This document shows positions 39,790 to 52,668 of a stretch of 64,000 nt of DNA, piece by piece. Each line of letters starts with the position of its first letter. Within the stretch, counting starts at the first letter, position 1. This DNA is from Octopus vulgaris (taxonomy: Eukaryota). Location of the stretch: the NCBI GenBank assembly GCA_951406725.2, contig OX597833.1:31868001-31932000 (forward strand). Direction: 5' to 3'. Under the pieces are notes generated by a model. The model did not search any database, was not told the DNA's origin, and saw only the letters and a list, made by a program, of their open reading frames with translations. The position numbers were made by a program, and so were the translations under genes.

Positions 39790-40500
39790 GAAATGTGGAC
39801 AGAGTGAAAGGGGCCACTAACTCTTACATAGATGACATCTTAGTGGATGAACCAGTGGTGATAGCAGCATAGGTCATGGGTCATTTGAAGAGGTTTGGGA
39901 TAGCTGTAACACTACCTGAATCCATGGTAGAAGGTTTTAGTGTAGGGAATGAGGCTGAGGAAAGGTAGGTCAGAGAGGAAATGATATTTTGGTTTTAAAG
40001 TACAATCTGAGTCGACCAGAGCTGTTTTCTATATGCAAGTGACTGATGGGTCACTATTCTATGTTGGGTGGGATCTGAATTGCATGTAGCTATGTGAAGA
40101 GAGCAGATGGTGTGAGCTGGGGAGAGAAAATTGGAAAGAGGACAGATGTTGTGATGATGGATATCTTAAAAAGAGTGAGAGATGCTGGACAAGGGGGAGG
40201 TCAGGCACTACTTTAGAGTCACATACATGTTAAGAGGAAATGGAATCAGGGAGAGACATCATCAAACAATCAACACCATAGCTGAAAGAGAGCCTTAACT
40301 CCCAGATAGAAGCAGTGTTCTGGTGCAACATATCATCTAGGTCAGGCAAGGCAGAGGAGTTGGTGCTCCAGAAAGCTATGTTCTGGCATAAGTGGAGACA
40401 TCTAAGTACAGTCCTAGCGGCTATTGTAGGAGAACTAGTAAAAGTTGAGTTCAATAAAAGATATAGACCTGATCTGCCAATAAGCTCTGCCACAAGAAGC
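39790..40500 (+). mobile_element. Gypsy-like RT/RNase H relic
   Basis: SYIDDILV at ~39823-39846; WCNISS (WCDAS-like) at ~40321; many stops. Confidence 0.45.
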
Positions 40501-40719
40501 TACTAGTAATCACTTTGGGACATCTGTATTTCATATCATTTGCATATTGCTTTAGTTATTTGTATTTTGTGCTTTACATTTTTTGATACAGTACTCCAAC
40601 CTTATTTGAACATATAATGAATGAATAAAAGAATGGATAAATGTATGTGTTCTCTTTCTCTTTTTAATTTAGAATAAATTCTGACTGGCCATGTCCTTGG
40701 TAGCAAGGTTATGAAGGAA

Positions 40720-41420
40720 AGCATCATGTTTTGTTCATCTTTGAAATCTGAAGAAAGTCTTGCAGATTTTTATAGTCCCAGATATTATTATTTGTAGCAT
40801 ATGATTTAAGGATTTGCATTCTCTCCCCAAGAACCCAAGAACTGATAGTGCATCTTGGGTACTGGGTTTTCGAACTTCTTATCAATGATTCATAGATGTT
40901 CTCTTTCTCTTGTATTTTTCTAATCACATTGGTGTTGAGAGGACAGCTGATTTGCACAAAAAAAAAACATATCTTTTCCTTGTGGTCCCACATAACAATA
41001 TCTGGTTGGTTGTTTTTAACTTGGTGGCTATTTTAATTTTGAAGCATCACCAGTATTCTTTTGATCCATTAGTATCAATATAGTCAACTTTGTAGATATT
41101 TTCTTTTTTGTTATCCTGTTCTAGCTACTGCATCATGCCTATTGGGAAGATATGACATATGACATCAATACAGATTTGAGGTCACAGCTACTACCCTTAT
41201 AGCTTTTTTACATCTCTATTGATGTTGAAGTTTCCTGTAACACTAAACAGCTTGTGAGTTTGAGCATCAATTTCATTGAGTTCTTGTAGTGACCAATTCA
41301 GAAGGCCAAATGGAGGTGTGAAGTCAGGCACTGCAAAAATGTGGGCAATATTTTTGTTGTAAGCTGAGAGTTCTGATGACCATGTTCTCTTAAGGTCCTG
41401 GTCCTGTCTTTATACATATG
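40720..41420 (-). mobile_element. Second R4/Dong-like RLE fragment
   Basis: Minus strand QPDIVMWDHKEK..VQISCP and LSAYNK, homologous to 34230-35200. Confidence 0.7.
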
Positions 41421-42082
41421 GGTCCATCAGATCTGACTCTGTGTATGTGTGCGTGTGTGTGTCTTATATGTGTGTGTGTGTGTATATGTGCGTGCACATG
41501 CATATGTATGTATGTATGTTACTTTGGGGCTATATTTGAATTTTTTTACCTTTGCAGAATTCCAGTCAGTCACAAAGTATCAAGAGTCTTTTAAGTTGAG
41601 ATAACTTCTTGGGTGTTGATGTATTTATATAACATTTGAATAAATATATTTCTTATTTAATAAATATGTTTATTTCCCACTTTTGTCTTATATTTGTGTT
41701 ATATGTGTATGAGTGTGTGTGTGTGTGTGTGTGTTTGTAGAGGAAAAAAGATAACTTGTAAGATATGATTTATTTTTTGCACGAAATACGTATTTCAATG
41801 TATTTGCTACAGTTATATTTGGAAAGCAATCGATTGTAGCCAGATGCCTTCATGCACAAAGTTACATTTGCAGTCTCAATTTTGGCATATATATTAGATA
41901 ACCACTCAAACATGCACATAATCATACATTCATACACATCAGAAGAGATATGCAGGAATAAACCCAGCCATCACAAACCACACACAATGAATTACATGTT
42001 CATGCCTTTGTGTGTGTGTGTACACATACATACGTTTTAGTGTGGATCTTTGGGCATGTATGTAGGGAAGGGTAAGAATATA

Positions 42083-43070
42083 TCTTAATATATAAAGCAA
42101 AGTTTGTGTGAGTGCATGTGTGTGTGTGCATATGTTCCTTATGTATTCGAAAACTTAGTTATCAATTTTGACATATGAGGTATCAAAAGATTCAGTAATC
42201 TTTGCATTGTAAAAATTTAACATTATAATCTTTCTATAAGTCAACTATTGCAAATGACATTTTATACCACCTCTACTACCACCACCACGTCATATTTTCT
42301 ATATGAATGTGTATGTGTCTGTGAGTGTGTGTGTGTTTGTGCATTTGTTACTTACTTTAGACTGACTGAAAAGTACATGTGTGTGAGTGAATATGATGAT
42401 GTATGTGTGTGTGAATATACATACATTTTTGTGATGACTAACACACACACATCTAAAGAGAGAGATGCACACACAAAGGGACAGAGATATGCCTGAGGCA
42501 TGCGTGAATGTATGTCTTTCTGTATCTGTCTTAGTATATGTATGTATCATATGGGGTATCAAAAGATCCAGTAATCTTTCAGGTACCAAATAAACTTTAT
42601 TTTCATTTACATACTTGCATTATAAAAATTTAGCTGTAAACGGCACTTTATACCATGACAACGACAATGATGATGAAGTCACATTTTCTATATGAGTGTG
42701 TATGTGTCTGTGAGTGTGTGTGTGTGTGCTTGCATGTTCGTTACGTACTTTAGGCCGATGACTGAGAAGTATATGTGGGTGAGTGTATGTGATGGTGTAT
42801 GTGTGTGTGAATATACATACATTTTTGTGATGATTGACACACACAGAGGGACAGAGATACACCTGAGGTATGTGTGAATGTATGTCTCTTTGTGCCTGTC
42901 TTAGTATATGTATGTGAGTGTATGTCACTGTATGTGTGTGCGACTGTATGTGTGATAATTTTTATACGTTAGGCCTCAGACAATTAAACACACACACACA
43001 TACATATACTTGTGTGTATGAGTGTGTATGTGTCTGGGAGTGTGTGTGTGCATTTCTGCGTTTGTTACAT
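42083..43070 (+). repeat. Element with Helitron-like 5' end and ~375-bp tandem duplication
   Basis: A|TCTTAATATATAAAGC start; units begin ggtatcaaaaga..cagtaatcttt at ~42179 and ~42555; partial third unit at ~43015. Confidence 0.55.
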
Positions 43071-43529
43071 CTATAATAAACTATAGTAAGGGACATTTTT
43101 CACCATTTTAATGAGCCTGCATCAGATGAAGTAGCCATCCTTATGGTTGGTGATTCCCATGAAAATCGTGATATTCCCATTCATGCTTGAGATAACACCC
43201 TTAAACGTGTTTCAGACACTCATCTCTCTTATGATGCTCTTCACCTCCTCAAAGGTGATTCAAGCGCATGCACACACACTGCTTTGTATATGTCTTTTTC
43301 AGATTCATGAGCATGTACGCAAAATTATGGACGTATACCTCTGCACATAATTGTAATGTATGTACATACTCCTGAAGGCTTTCTGGGACTGAAGGAAATT
43401 AAAACTGCAATTGTAACATTATTTTACACACAAAGCATAAGGACCTGCAGCCTCCAAGCATGCAACCCCAAATATGTTTTTCTTTTTAGAAGCTGAAAAC
43501 ATCCCTCCAACTTCCTTCTTAGCTCTACA

Positions 43530-46399
43530 AGCCCAGAGCTGCCACAATCAATGTTAGTACAATGGAAGGTAGATCTGGAGAGATAGTTGAGATGCTTGAG
43601 TAGAGACATGTAGATGTACCCTGTGTCCAATAGGTATGATAGAGGGGAACCTCAGCTAGACTGCTTACAACAAAGAGAATAGACAGAATTTTTTTCTGGA
43701 TAGGCAACCATGATGGTTTAGGTGGTGTGGGTATTCTACTAGCAAAGAAATGGGTAGATAAGGTGATCAAGGTAGTCAGGGTATGTGATAGAATTCTTAA
43801 TCTAAGAATAGCCTTGTTTGATGTAACTGTGTCAGTTGCCGCTGCATGCCTGATTTGCAGGTACTTGAAAAAAATCGCTATGAATTCCTTCTGAGGACTG
43901 CTTTGATGACAAAAGACGACTACATTCTCATCACGATGGGATTTCAATGGACATGTTGGAAAACACTGATGGATTTCAGGGTGTGCATAGAGGCTATGAC
44001 TTTGGTTCCAGAAATGACGAGGGGGAAAGGCTGCTGGAGTTTTATGTTGCTAATGGTCTGCAACACCAACTTCAGAAAACGTGTCAACCATCTGATCATG
44101 AAGCAATCTGGGGAAGCATACCAGCCAGATTGATTATATATATCCTCACCAACACAGGGCAGATATATGCTCATAAAAGCAAAATCTTTCCCAGGTGAAG
44201 TATGTATAACCCAACATAAGCTAGTGATTAGTGACTTCAGGCTTAGGGCCAGAAAGATCCAGAGATACAAGCTAATTGTCAAAATTCAAGGATCTTTCAA
44301 GTGGGCAGAGATTTAAAGATGTCCTTAATGAGGCCTTTAATGAGAAGGAGGAAATGATAGAGACATATGATATAAAGGGCAACTGGAAGTTCCTATGAGA
44401 CAATCTACTAAGGGCAACAAACCAAATTTGTGGCTGGAGCAAAACCTCTGTTAGACCAAGGTCGAGGTGGTGGTGGAACAGTGATGTTGACAGGGCCATA
44501 AAAGAGAAGAGACAGATCTGGACTAGATGATGAAAATTATAGAGCGACATATATATTTCTTTATTGCCCACAAGGGGCTAAACATAGAAGGGACAAACAA
44601 GGACAGACAAAGTGATTAAGTCGATTATATCGACTTCAGTGCGAAACTGGTACTTTATTTATCGACCCTGAAAGGATGAAAGGCAAAGTCGATCTCGGCA
44701 GAATTTGAACTCAGAAGGTAACGACAAACGAAATACCGCTAAGCATTTCGCCCAGCATGCTAACGTGTCTGCTAGCTTGCCACCTTTTATAGAGAGACTT
44801 ATAGCCCAATTAATTAGGAGCAGAGTTAGGCTAGATGAAATGCAGTTCAATTTCATCTAGGGAAGAAGCAGTATTGATACTATTTTCATAATAATGCAAT
44901 GGCAAGAAAAGTAATTACTTAAGAATAAACCATTATACTTGGCAGTTGTTGATCTCAAGAGAATGCTTTTGATAGAGTACCCTGCTTTGTGATATGGTGG
45001 GCTCTGAAGAAGCTAGGGATCGAAGAATGGCTTGTGAAAGCTGTACAGGTCATGAGACCGTCAGTAAGGTGAGAGTTAACCATGAGTACAGCGGAGAATT
45101 TGGTGTACAAGTGGGTGTTCATCAAGGCTCAGTTCTCAATCCCCTGCTTTTCTTCATTATCCTCCAGGCCATAACAGGGTAGCCACTTGGAACTACTATA
45201 TGCTTATGATCTTCCTCTCATAGCAGATTCCATATCAGAGCTAGAAGAGAAATTCCTGGTGTGGAAGCAAAACCTAGAATCTAAGGGCTTTAAAGTTACA
45301 TTAGTAAATGTTAAGGTATTTTTAAGCAAGAAAATGCACAAGATCCTACTCTCTTCAGGTAGGTCGCCTTGTTCAATTTGTAGGAAAAATGTAGGCAGGA
45401 ACTCCACTTGGTGTACACAGTGTAAGCTATGGTCACACAAGAGGTGCAGTGGATTAATAGGAAGATTATCAGAGAAAGTAGTGTTTGTATGTGGAAGGTG
45501 CACAAGATCCATAAAAACTACAGAGACTTGGGAAATTGATTCCCTCAAATGGCCAGGTGGCTCATTAGAGGTAGCAGATAATTTCTGCCACCTAGTAGAC
45601 CAAATTAGTAGTGGGGAGGATATACAGAGTATGTAATAGCTAAAATAAGAATAGGATGGAAGAAATTCAGAGAGTTGTTACCACAGTTGGCTATGAAAGG
45701 AAGATTGTATGATGCATGTGTATGGATAGCAATTCTACGTGGTAGTGAACATGGGCCATGAATGCAGAGGACATGTGAAGGCTGGAGAGGAATGGGGCTA
45801 GTATGTTCTGCTGGATTTGTAATGTATGTATACATGTTTGACAGAGTGCTAGTGTATTGAGACAGAAGTTAAGCATAAGAGGAATTAGATGTAGTGTGCA
45901 AGAGAGCAGACTGTGCTGGTTGGGTCATATGACGCAGATGGGTGCCAACAGCTCTAGAGAAGTGCCAATCTCTCAAAATAGATGGAACACATGGAAGTGG
46001 GTGACCCAGGAAGACATGGGACAAAGTACTGAAGGATGACCTCAGGGTGCTGAACCTTTCAAACAAGACTACAGAGGATCGAGATACTTGGCACCTTGCT
46101 GTACTCAAGAAGACCTGTACCCAACAGCAAAAGTGTTAAGGTCACTCTCCTTGATGAAGAGGATTGGCCTGCAAAAGTCCTTGGATAGGCAATGTAAAAA
46201 GCACTTGTGCCTGTGCCATGTAAAAGAACCCAGCTCACTCTGTATATTGGTTGACATTAGGAAGGGCATCCAGCCATAGAAACCATGCCAAATCAGACTG
46301 GAGCCTGGTATAGCTCCCCAGCTTGTGAGCTTGGGTTCAACCGTCCAGCATGGACAAACATGCCAGCAGTCAACAGATGTCAAATGATGATGCTGACGA

Positions 46400-46400
<1 letters not shown>
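43530..46400 (+). mobile_element. RTE-clade LINE (relative of 16955-18697) with 3'UTR
   Basis: Endonuclease remnants (GGVGILL, DFNGHVG), GVHQGS, LLYAYDL, C.IC...WCTQC..W.HKRC insert, RLCWLGH; 3'UTR GAAGGGCATCCAGCC...(GAT)n. Confidence 0.85.
44554..44786 (-). mobile_element. tRNA-derived SINE nested in RTE, with an L1/Tx1-like 3' tail
   Basis: Head GGTGGCAAGCTAGCAG..GAGTTCAAATTC; TSD ttatagagcgacatata / ttatagagagacttata (15/17); tail TGTCCCTTCTATGTTTAGCCCCTTGTGGGCAATAAAGAAATA. Confidence 0.9.
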
Positions 46401-46442
<42 letters not shown>

Positions 46443-47021
46443 ACATATAATTAATTTTTAGTGTAATATATGGATTCACAGAATCATGTGGCTATCACAG
46501 AAAGCTCCTCTAGCAGACTCTGTTAACAGTCCACATAGTAACTGAATGCAATGACGTATAATGCAGAGTTCTATGCAGCTGAAATCCAGAAGATCCAATT
46601 GATGAAAATATTTCATGAAGCGTATACGAACCATAAAACGTTTGAGATATGAGAGGTGAATATATTTATTTAATCACTTGTTATCTTTAGTATTATGGCT
46701 GCTTCACAGCCTTCAACATATAATTTCATTGCATAGTAAATGATTTTACATGTCTGTACTAATATGCATGCTATGTATTGTACAGTTCAATTGTACATTT
46801 ACAAATCAATGCAGGTAAAGAAGGGTAGTGCATCAGATCACCAGAATATCTTGGTTACAACAACACTGGTCTGATGATAACAAGTAGTTAAAATAGATAG
46901 TCCCAACATTTTATGGTTCACATACACGCACACACACACACACATGCATGCACGCACGCACACAAACACACACACACACACACACATTATAGATGCATAT
47001 AATTGTATATGTAAATGTATA

Positions 47022-47587
47022 TCTGTATATATAAAACTGAGAATGTGTGTCTGTCTGTCTGTCTGTCTGTGTGTTTCCCTAAAACTTGAGAACTACACAA
47101 CCAATTTCATTCAAATTTTACACATGCCTTACTTAGGGTACATGTAGTGTCACGGGCAAAAAAGTGTTCAACTTCTTGCCTAGGGCGAGCCCATAGCAAT
47201 ATCATATCTTCTCCACTATTTCAGTCTTATGTGTTAAAAGTGAAACAAAAACATCTCTCTATTTTATGTCAGATACTTTCACTTTAACAATAAAAATTAG
47301 AGATAATAATAATGATTGAATTATATGTAGTAAGTAATAATTAAAATCGAACTAAAGTATATAATAATTAAATCGTAACATAACAATTAAAAGTAAAAAT
47401 AGCAATTGGTATAAAATTGCATCAATGACTTGAACTTGAATAAGTGGTTTCACATGAATGGGAATAAATTAAAAATAAAATTAAAGTGCAGAAATGGAAT
47501 AGTCCAGATGGAGCTGTGCACATACCCTTTACCAGAGCTTTTACGTTAGATTATCTGCTAATTAGCTAGCATTAAGTATCTATATGA
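47022..47587 (+). mobile_element. Helitron 5' half, cut by the ORF1-only element
   Basis: Colinear with 30750-31640 (minus its 30985-31320 insert) up to agtatctat. Confidence 0.8.
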
Positions 47588-49264
47588 AGTTTGGCTGTAG
47601 TCGTTTTTTGGAACCTGTGTGTTTTGCCTGTTATTGTTTATTAAATTTTGTTAAACGGTATTGTTGAATTTTGTCTGTCTGTATTGAGACAGACAAGGAA
47701 AAAACGGTTTGCCCCTCCCTAAGGGAGAAAATGGCAAAGAAAAATGTTTTTACAAGCCTCAGTGAGTCGGACCTGTCGATCTCTGAGGAGGAACTGGAAA
47801 AGGCAGTGAGGAAATTGGACAGAGCACTTGGAGAAAAAACAACATACGCGCAAGCGACAAAGTCAATGGAAAAAGAGATAGACCTGGCTAAGTTGCCAGG
47901 TTATCAAGAATTTGTTATGAAGGTCGGTGGTGAAGTTGAATTGTCACCGCCAAGGAAAAGAAGAGACTGGTATGAGAAGAGGACCATTACGCATAGAGTA
48001 TTCGCCAACGAAAAAAGGAGAATAGAGTTGGTCGGCATGGAAATGGTAGAGGAAGCTCTGAGAATGACAGAAGAGGAGGTAGCGTTTCTCGCAAGAGGCG
48101 TTGGGTTCGGCACCGTGGTTGTACAATTTAAAACCGAAAAAGTGGCAAGGCGAATGGCGGCGAAAACAATGAAGTCGGAGAAGATATTCCTTCTTCCCTC
48201 GTATCTGGGAAGGAGGACGACCTGGATCAGGGTGGAGGGAATACCACCAGACATAGACGGAGAGTGGATTGTGGAAGCCATCATCAGTGCTAATGAAGAT
48301 AAGGTGGACATTCTTCATGCCATGGTGAAGGACGAGGGAGGTTGGAGAGGAGCAGTACTGGAGATGAATGTCTTGTCGGAATCGGAGGTGTTGGAACAAC
48401 TGGCCGAGAATATAACAATGGGAAACATCATTATGAGAGTATGGGTGGAGGGCAGAGCTCCTCGTTGTTACAAATGCGGCTTGAAGGGCCACATAAAAGC
48501 TAACTGTCCTCCCCCAACAAAAAAACAAAGAAAAGAACCAGCAAGAGAGGTAGAGGAGCCCCAGGAGGAGCAGAATACAATGGAAGAGAAGCAAGTGGAC
48601 GAGGAGGAATTACCAGCAGAATGGGAATCTATGGGAAGAAGGAGGAAGAGAAGGAGAAAAAAGGCAAACTGTTCTGAACCCCAACCCACCCCATCACCAC
48701 CTGCACCCTTTGTGGCCCAGGTGTCTGCAGGGGAAGCCCTGCAGACACTGAATCCACCCGTTCCCCACCAACAAGAAAACAAAAAAAAAAAAAAGATAAC
48801 ACAGACACACAGGATAACTTTAAAAATTCTCGTCCCCATATATTAGGTGTAATAAATAAGGAAGAAATACGTGAAATATTGAGGGACTGGGGAAAGGTGG
48901 AATTGCAAGACAGCTGGGATATGGCGGGGTTGATGTATGTAGTAATATCAGAGGACCAAGAAAAAGAACTCAAGGAAAAACTTTAAAAAAGTTATAAATT
49001 GATTACGAAAACAATTGAACCGGATAAGTGATATGAAGTGGAAGAAATATATGGGATGAAACTGAAGGACTACATGTTTTTTATACCGATATAGGGAAGA
49101 AGGACAGGTAAGTGATGTTATCGGATGGGGCCGTTAACATCGCTCTCATTTCTCATTTTCACAATTTTTCATCTTTCATACGTTTCTGTATTTTTGTGAT
49201 GTTTTGTGTCCCCAATGTTTGTAATGTCCCCCTCTATGTAAGCCCTTTATGGGTAATAAAATAT
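47588..49264 (+). mobile_element. ORF1-only non-autonomous non-LTR retroelement (half-LINE)
   Basis: Short 5'UTR, gag-like ORF1, no endonuclease/RT, pyrimidine-rich 3'UTR ending GCCCTTTATGGGTAATAAAATATA. Confidence 0.75.
47731..48846 (+). CDS. Tx1/L1-type ORF1p: RRM-like region + CCHC zinc knuckle
   Basis: MAKKNVF...; IRVEGIPPDI; VWVEGRAPRCYKCGLKGHIKANC (CX2CX4HX4C); basic RRRKRRRKK; a frameshift in the A-run at ~48781-48794 probably hides an extension to ~49000 (..HILGVINKEEIREILRDWGKVEL..). Confidence 0.8.
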   Translation: MAKKNVFTSLSESDLSISEEELEKAVRKLDRALGEKTTYAQATKSMEKEIDLAKLPGYQEFVMKVGGEVELSPPRKRRDWYEKRTITHRVFANEKRRIELVGMEMVEEALRMTEEEVAFLARGVGFGTVVVQFKTEKVARRMAAKTMKSEKIFLLPSYLGRRTTWIRVEGIPPDIDGEWIVEAIISANEDKVDILHAMVKDEGGWRGAVLEMNVLSESEVLEQLAENITMGNIIMRVWVEGRAPRCYKCGLKGHIKANCPPPTKKQRKEPAREVEEPQEEQNTMEEKQVDEEELPAEWESMGRRRKRRRKKANCSEPQPTPSPPAPFVAQVSAGEALQTLNPPVPHQQENKKKKKITQTHRITLKILVPIY

Positions 49265-49265
49265 A

Positions 49266-50110
49266 AGTAATGTCTGTTTTCTCGAACATACGCTTCTACT
49301 GAGTACAGCTTTTGGTTTATTTCTTATCCATAAAGGACTATAGCTTCTACTGCGTACTGCTTTTTGATTCACCGTAAGGTTTGTTGTTATTATTATTACT
49401 GTTTAACTATTGTTATCACGTTTGTTGGTTCCTCGTAAGGGAAGCATTTGTTAAATAATTGTAAACCGTAACCCTTCCCCTTTGGGAGAAGGAGCTTTGG
49501 TTATTGTTTAAAAATTGAGTTGTGTCCCTGTTTGGGGAAATTGACAATATTTTCACCGTTTATACGGAAGCATTTTTGTTAAAATGTCTCGATAGAAGAA
49601 AGTCCAAAAATGAATTTCACTACAGCCGTCAGCAGGCGCTAACTCATTAAAATTAAAGTGGAAGAAATACAAACCTATTTCGGAATGATCACCGACAAAG
49701 ACGGTGAATCTAGGATAACATCACCAAACGAAATAAAAAATAAGATTAAAGAAAAGACTATTGTCTATAAAGTATACAATGTAGAGAAAAAAAAAAGATT
49801 TGAACACCTGGAGGAAAGCACCATCGAAAAGTGTCTTGGTGAGACTATGAAAGACATCTAACCAGAGGCGGTAAATTCGCCACAATAGAAGCAAGGTTCG
49901 GGTCAACGGAGCGTGCAAGGGAATACTCGACTCGAACCTTGCAAAGTGGAATTATTTTAATTTTACCTTTAAATCTGGGACGTAGAACGTCCCAGATAAA
50001 AATTAAAAATGTCCCCTCAGAAGTAGAGGTAGGCTGGATTGTAGCCACACTTCTATACAAGAGGGAGGACAAGATACAATTGATTGAAATTGCAAGAGAT
50101 GGGCCTACAA
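49266..50110 (+). pseudogene. Second, diverged ORF1-bearing element (5'UTR + truncated ORF1)
   Basis: EKTIVYKVY..RGGKFATIEARF..LPLNLGRRTSQIKIKNVPSEVEVGWIV aligns to KRTITHRVF..RGVGFGTVVVQF..LPSYLGRRTTWIRVEGIPPDIDGEWIV of the upstream ORF1. Confidence 0.8.
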
Positions 50111-50876
50111 TTCCAGTCTGTTATATATTTTGAGTATTGTTATCACTAGCGATATCAAGATATAACTTTGTATTTTGTACTTTATGTGTAGATGTATATA
50201 TATAGATGTACATGTAATATTTACACAAATATATACACATATATACATGCATAATATATCCACCCATACACACATACGCACACACACACATAAATAGGGG
50301 CAGGTGTGGCTGTGTGGTAACAAACTATGTTCCAAACACATGGTCCTGGGTTCAGTCTTACTGTGTGGTGACTTGGCATGTGTCTTCTGCTATAGCCTCA
50401 GAGCAACCAAAGCCTTCTCAGTGGATTTTATACATATATACTGGCATAAATACATATATATACATGCATACGTACATATTCGGTATAAACACTCTACCAC
50501 TACTACTAATAACTGTTGGGAACACTTTCAAACCTGCCTTACATTCGAACTGGAATCTCAAAAACATTGTCCCCTTACATTTCATTCTCATTTCATTCCC
50601 AACACAGGGAAATAAAACTTACTTCTCACTACGGGACGATGGAACATGGTAACAGATACTTACCACATGCTACCTTATCAAGTGAAGTATATTGTCATCC
50701 ACTTCACCTCTAACCTTCATAGCGTACGGACAATTCAAATGACCCCACACTACTATACCACCACTGATACCTTCATCCTTCTAGCTGTGTGAATATGACA
50801 GAATTCATTTCCAGCCAAATAATATTCGCAACACGATTCATAATCACTCCGTCCTTTCCTATTACTATTTCTCTCG

Positions 50877-51100
50877 TCTATATATACAAAAGTGAGAATG
50901 TGTGTCTGTCTGTCTGTGTGAATCCCTAAAACTTGAGAACTACACAACCAAATTCATTCAAATATTACACATGCCTTACTTAGGGTCCATGTAGTGTCAT
51001 AGGCAAAAAAAACCAAAACTTTTTGCCTAGGGCGAGCCACAGCAATATCATATCTTCTCCACTATTTCAGTCTTACGTGTTAAAAGTGAAACAAAAACAT
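50877..51100 (+). mobile_element. Helitron 5' fragment
   Basis: TCTATATATACAAAAGTGAGAATGTGTGTCTGTC..., colinear with 30750-30975. Confidence 0.75.
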
Positions 51101-51778
51101 TCCATGGGTGTTGCCACTTTCAGCAGCTGACTGGATACTCTGACAGATTTCCTGCCAATACCTATTTGCACAGCGTCTGGCAGTCAGTTGGGTTTTATTT
51201 CTTGCTTTCTGAGTTCTTCGAGTGACTTTGTAGAAGAATTACTCTTGTATAGCATCAGAGCTGCACGCTTCGCTTCAATAACTGTTTCCAGCTCTGAGAG
51301 CCCAGCACTGAACCAATCTGGGTTTTGCCTTTCTCTCATGCCGAAAGTATCTATTGATATAGTATACAAAGCTTCCCTGATATAATTCCACCTACTTACA
51401 GCAGAGGAGGTTGGGCAGCTACTGAGGGCAACCTTAATAGAAACAGCAAAACATTGTCGCAGTGTAGGGTCCGAGGTGCTGGCAGTGTTAATGCATAGTC
51501 AGCCCATTTTCTTGGAGTGATGGACTTTTTTAGGCAGAATCCTCACCCTGCTTCATATTAGTGAATGATCTGTGTCACAATCTGCGCTGTGGTTACTACA
51601 GGTCAGTTGAACATAATTCAGAAAGGATCTTCGTGTAATGGTGAGATTTTGGATGTCTCCAAGATGCCTTGTGGGATGTATTGTTGGCAAAGAATGTGTT
51701 AGTGATGTACAGGTTATGGTATGTGCAAAATTCAAGTAATCTCTGACCATTGTCATTCATGTTGCCAATGCCAAAACA
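51101..51778 (-). mobile_element. Inverted fragment of the same RTE (copy 3)
   Basis: Reverse complement matches 23176-23660 and 55073-55231; includes MNDNGQRLLEFC and DTDH endonuclease motifs. Confidence 0.9.
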
Positions 51779-51845
51779 CATATATACATATATATACGAT
51801 TGATTTGTTTCAGTTCCTGTCTATGAAATCCATATATATATGCAT

Positions 51846-51876
<31 letters not shown>

Positions 51877-52453
51877 AAGATAAATTGATAGATACAACTG
51901 AGTGGGCAAACAAAAATATGAGACACTGCGTAGTGTTTTTTTATATTTTGATAAGCCTGGTACTTATTCTATCCGTTTCTTCTTGTGAAACCAGTAAGTT
52001 ATGGGGATGTAAATAAACAAACACCAGTTGTGAAGCAGTGATAAGGGAGAAACACAAACACACACACATAGACTTACATATATACATACATATACATACA
52101 ATTGATTTCTTTCAGTTTCTGTCTACAAGATCCACTGAGGCTATAGCAGAAGACACATGCCAAGTTACCACACAGTGGGACTGAACTGAGGACCATGTGT
52201 TTTGGAACCAAGTTTGTTACCACACAGCCACACCTGCACCTATGTGTGTGTGTGTGTATGTGTGTATGGGTGTATATATTATGCATATATATATACTTGT
52301 ATATATATATGTGTACATATTACATGTACAGCTATATATATATATACATCTAGACATACATGTATACACATACATGTATATCTATAGAAATACATCTATA
52401 CATATGCATGTATACATATACAGCTATATATATATATATATACATCCATATAT

Positions 52454-52498
<45 letters not shown>

Positions 52499-52668
52499 AA
52501 TTGAGATAGGGGTTGTAAATGCAACCCTCCATAGGATAACATATATCCAATATACTGCTAGTGAAGTACCCAACAAAGTTAATACATAAGTGTTAAGGAT
52601 TGCGGTGCAATCAATTCATTTACTGTATTATATGGGCAAAGGTAAAATGATTTACCACAAATTACTAA

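Noticed and set aside
47904-48973. Minus-strand ORFs overlapping ORF1
   Set aside because: Antisense shadows of the purine-rich ORF1 with no motifs
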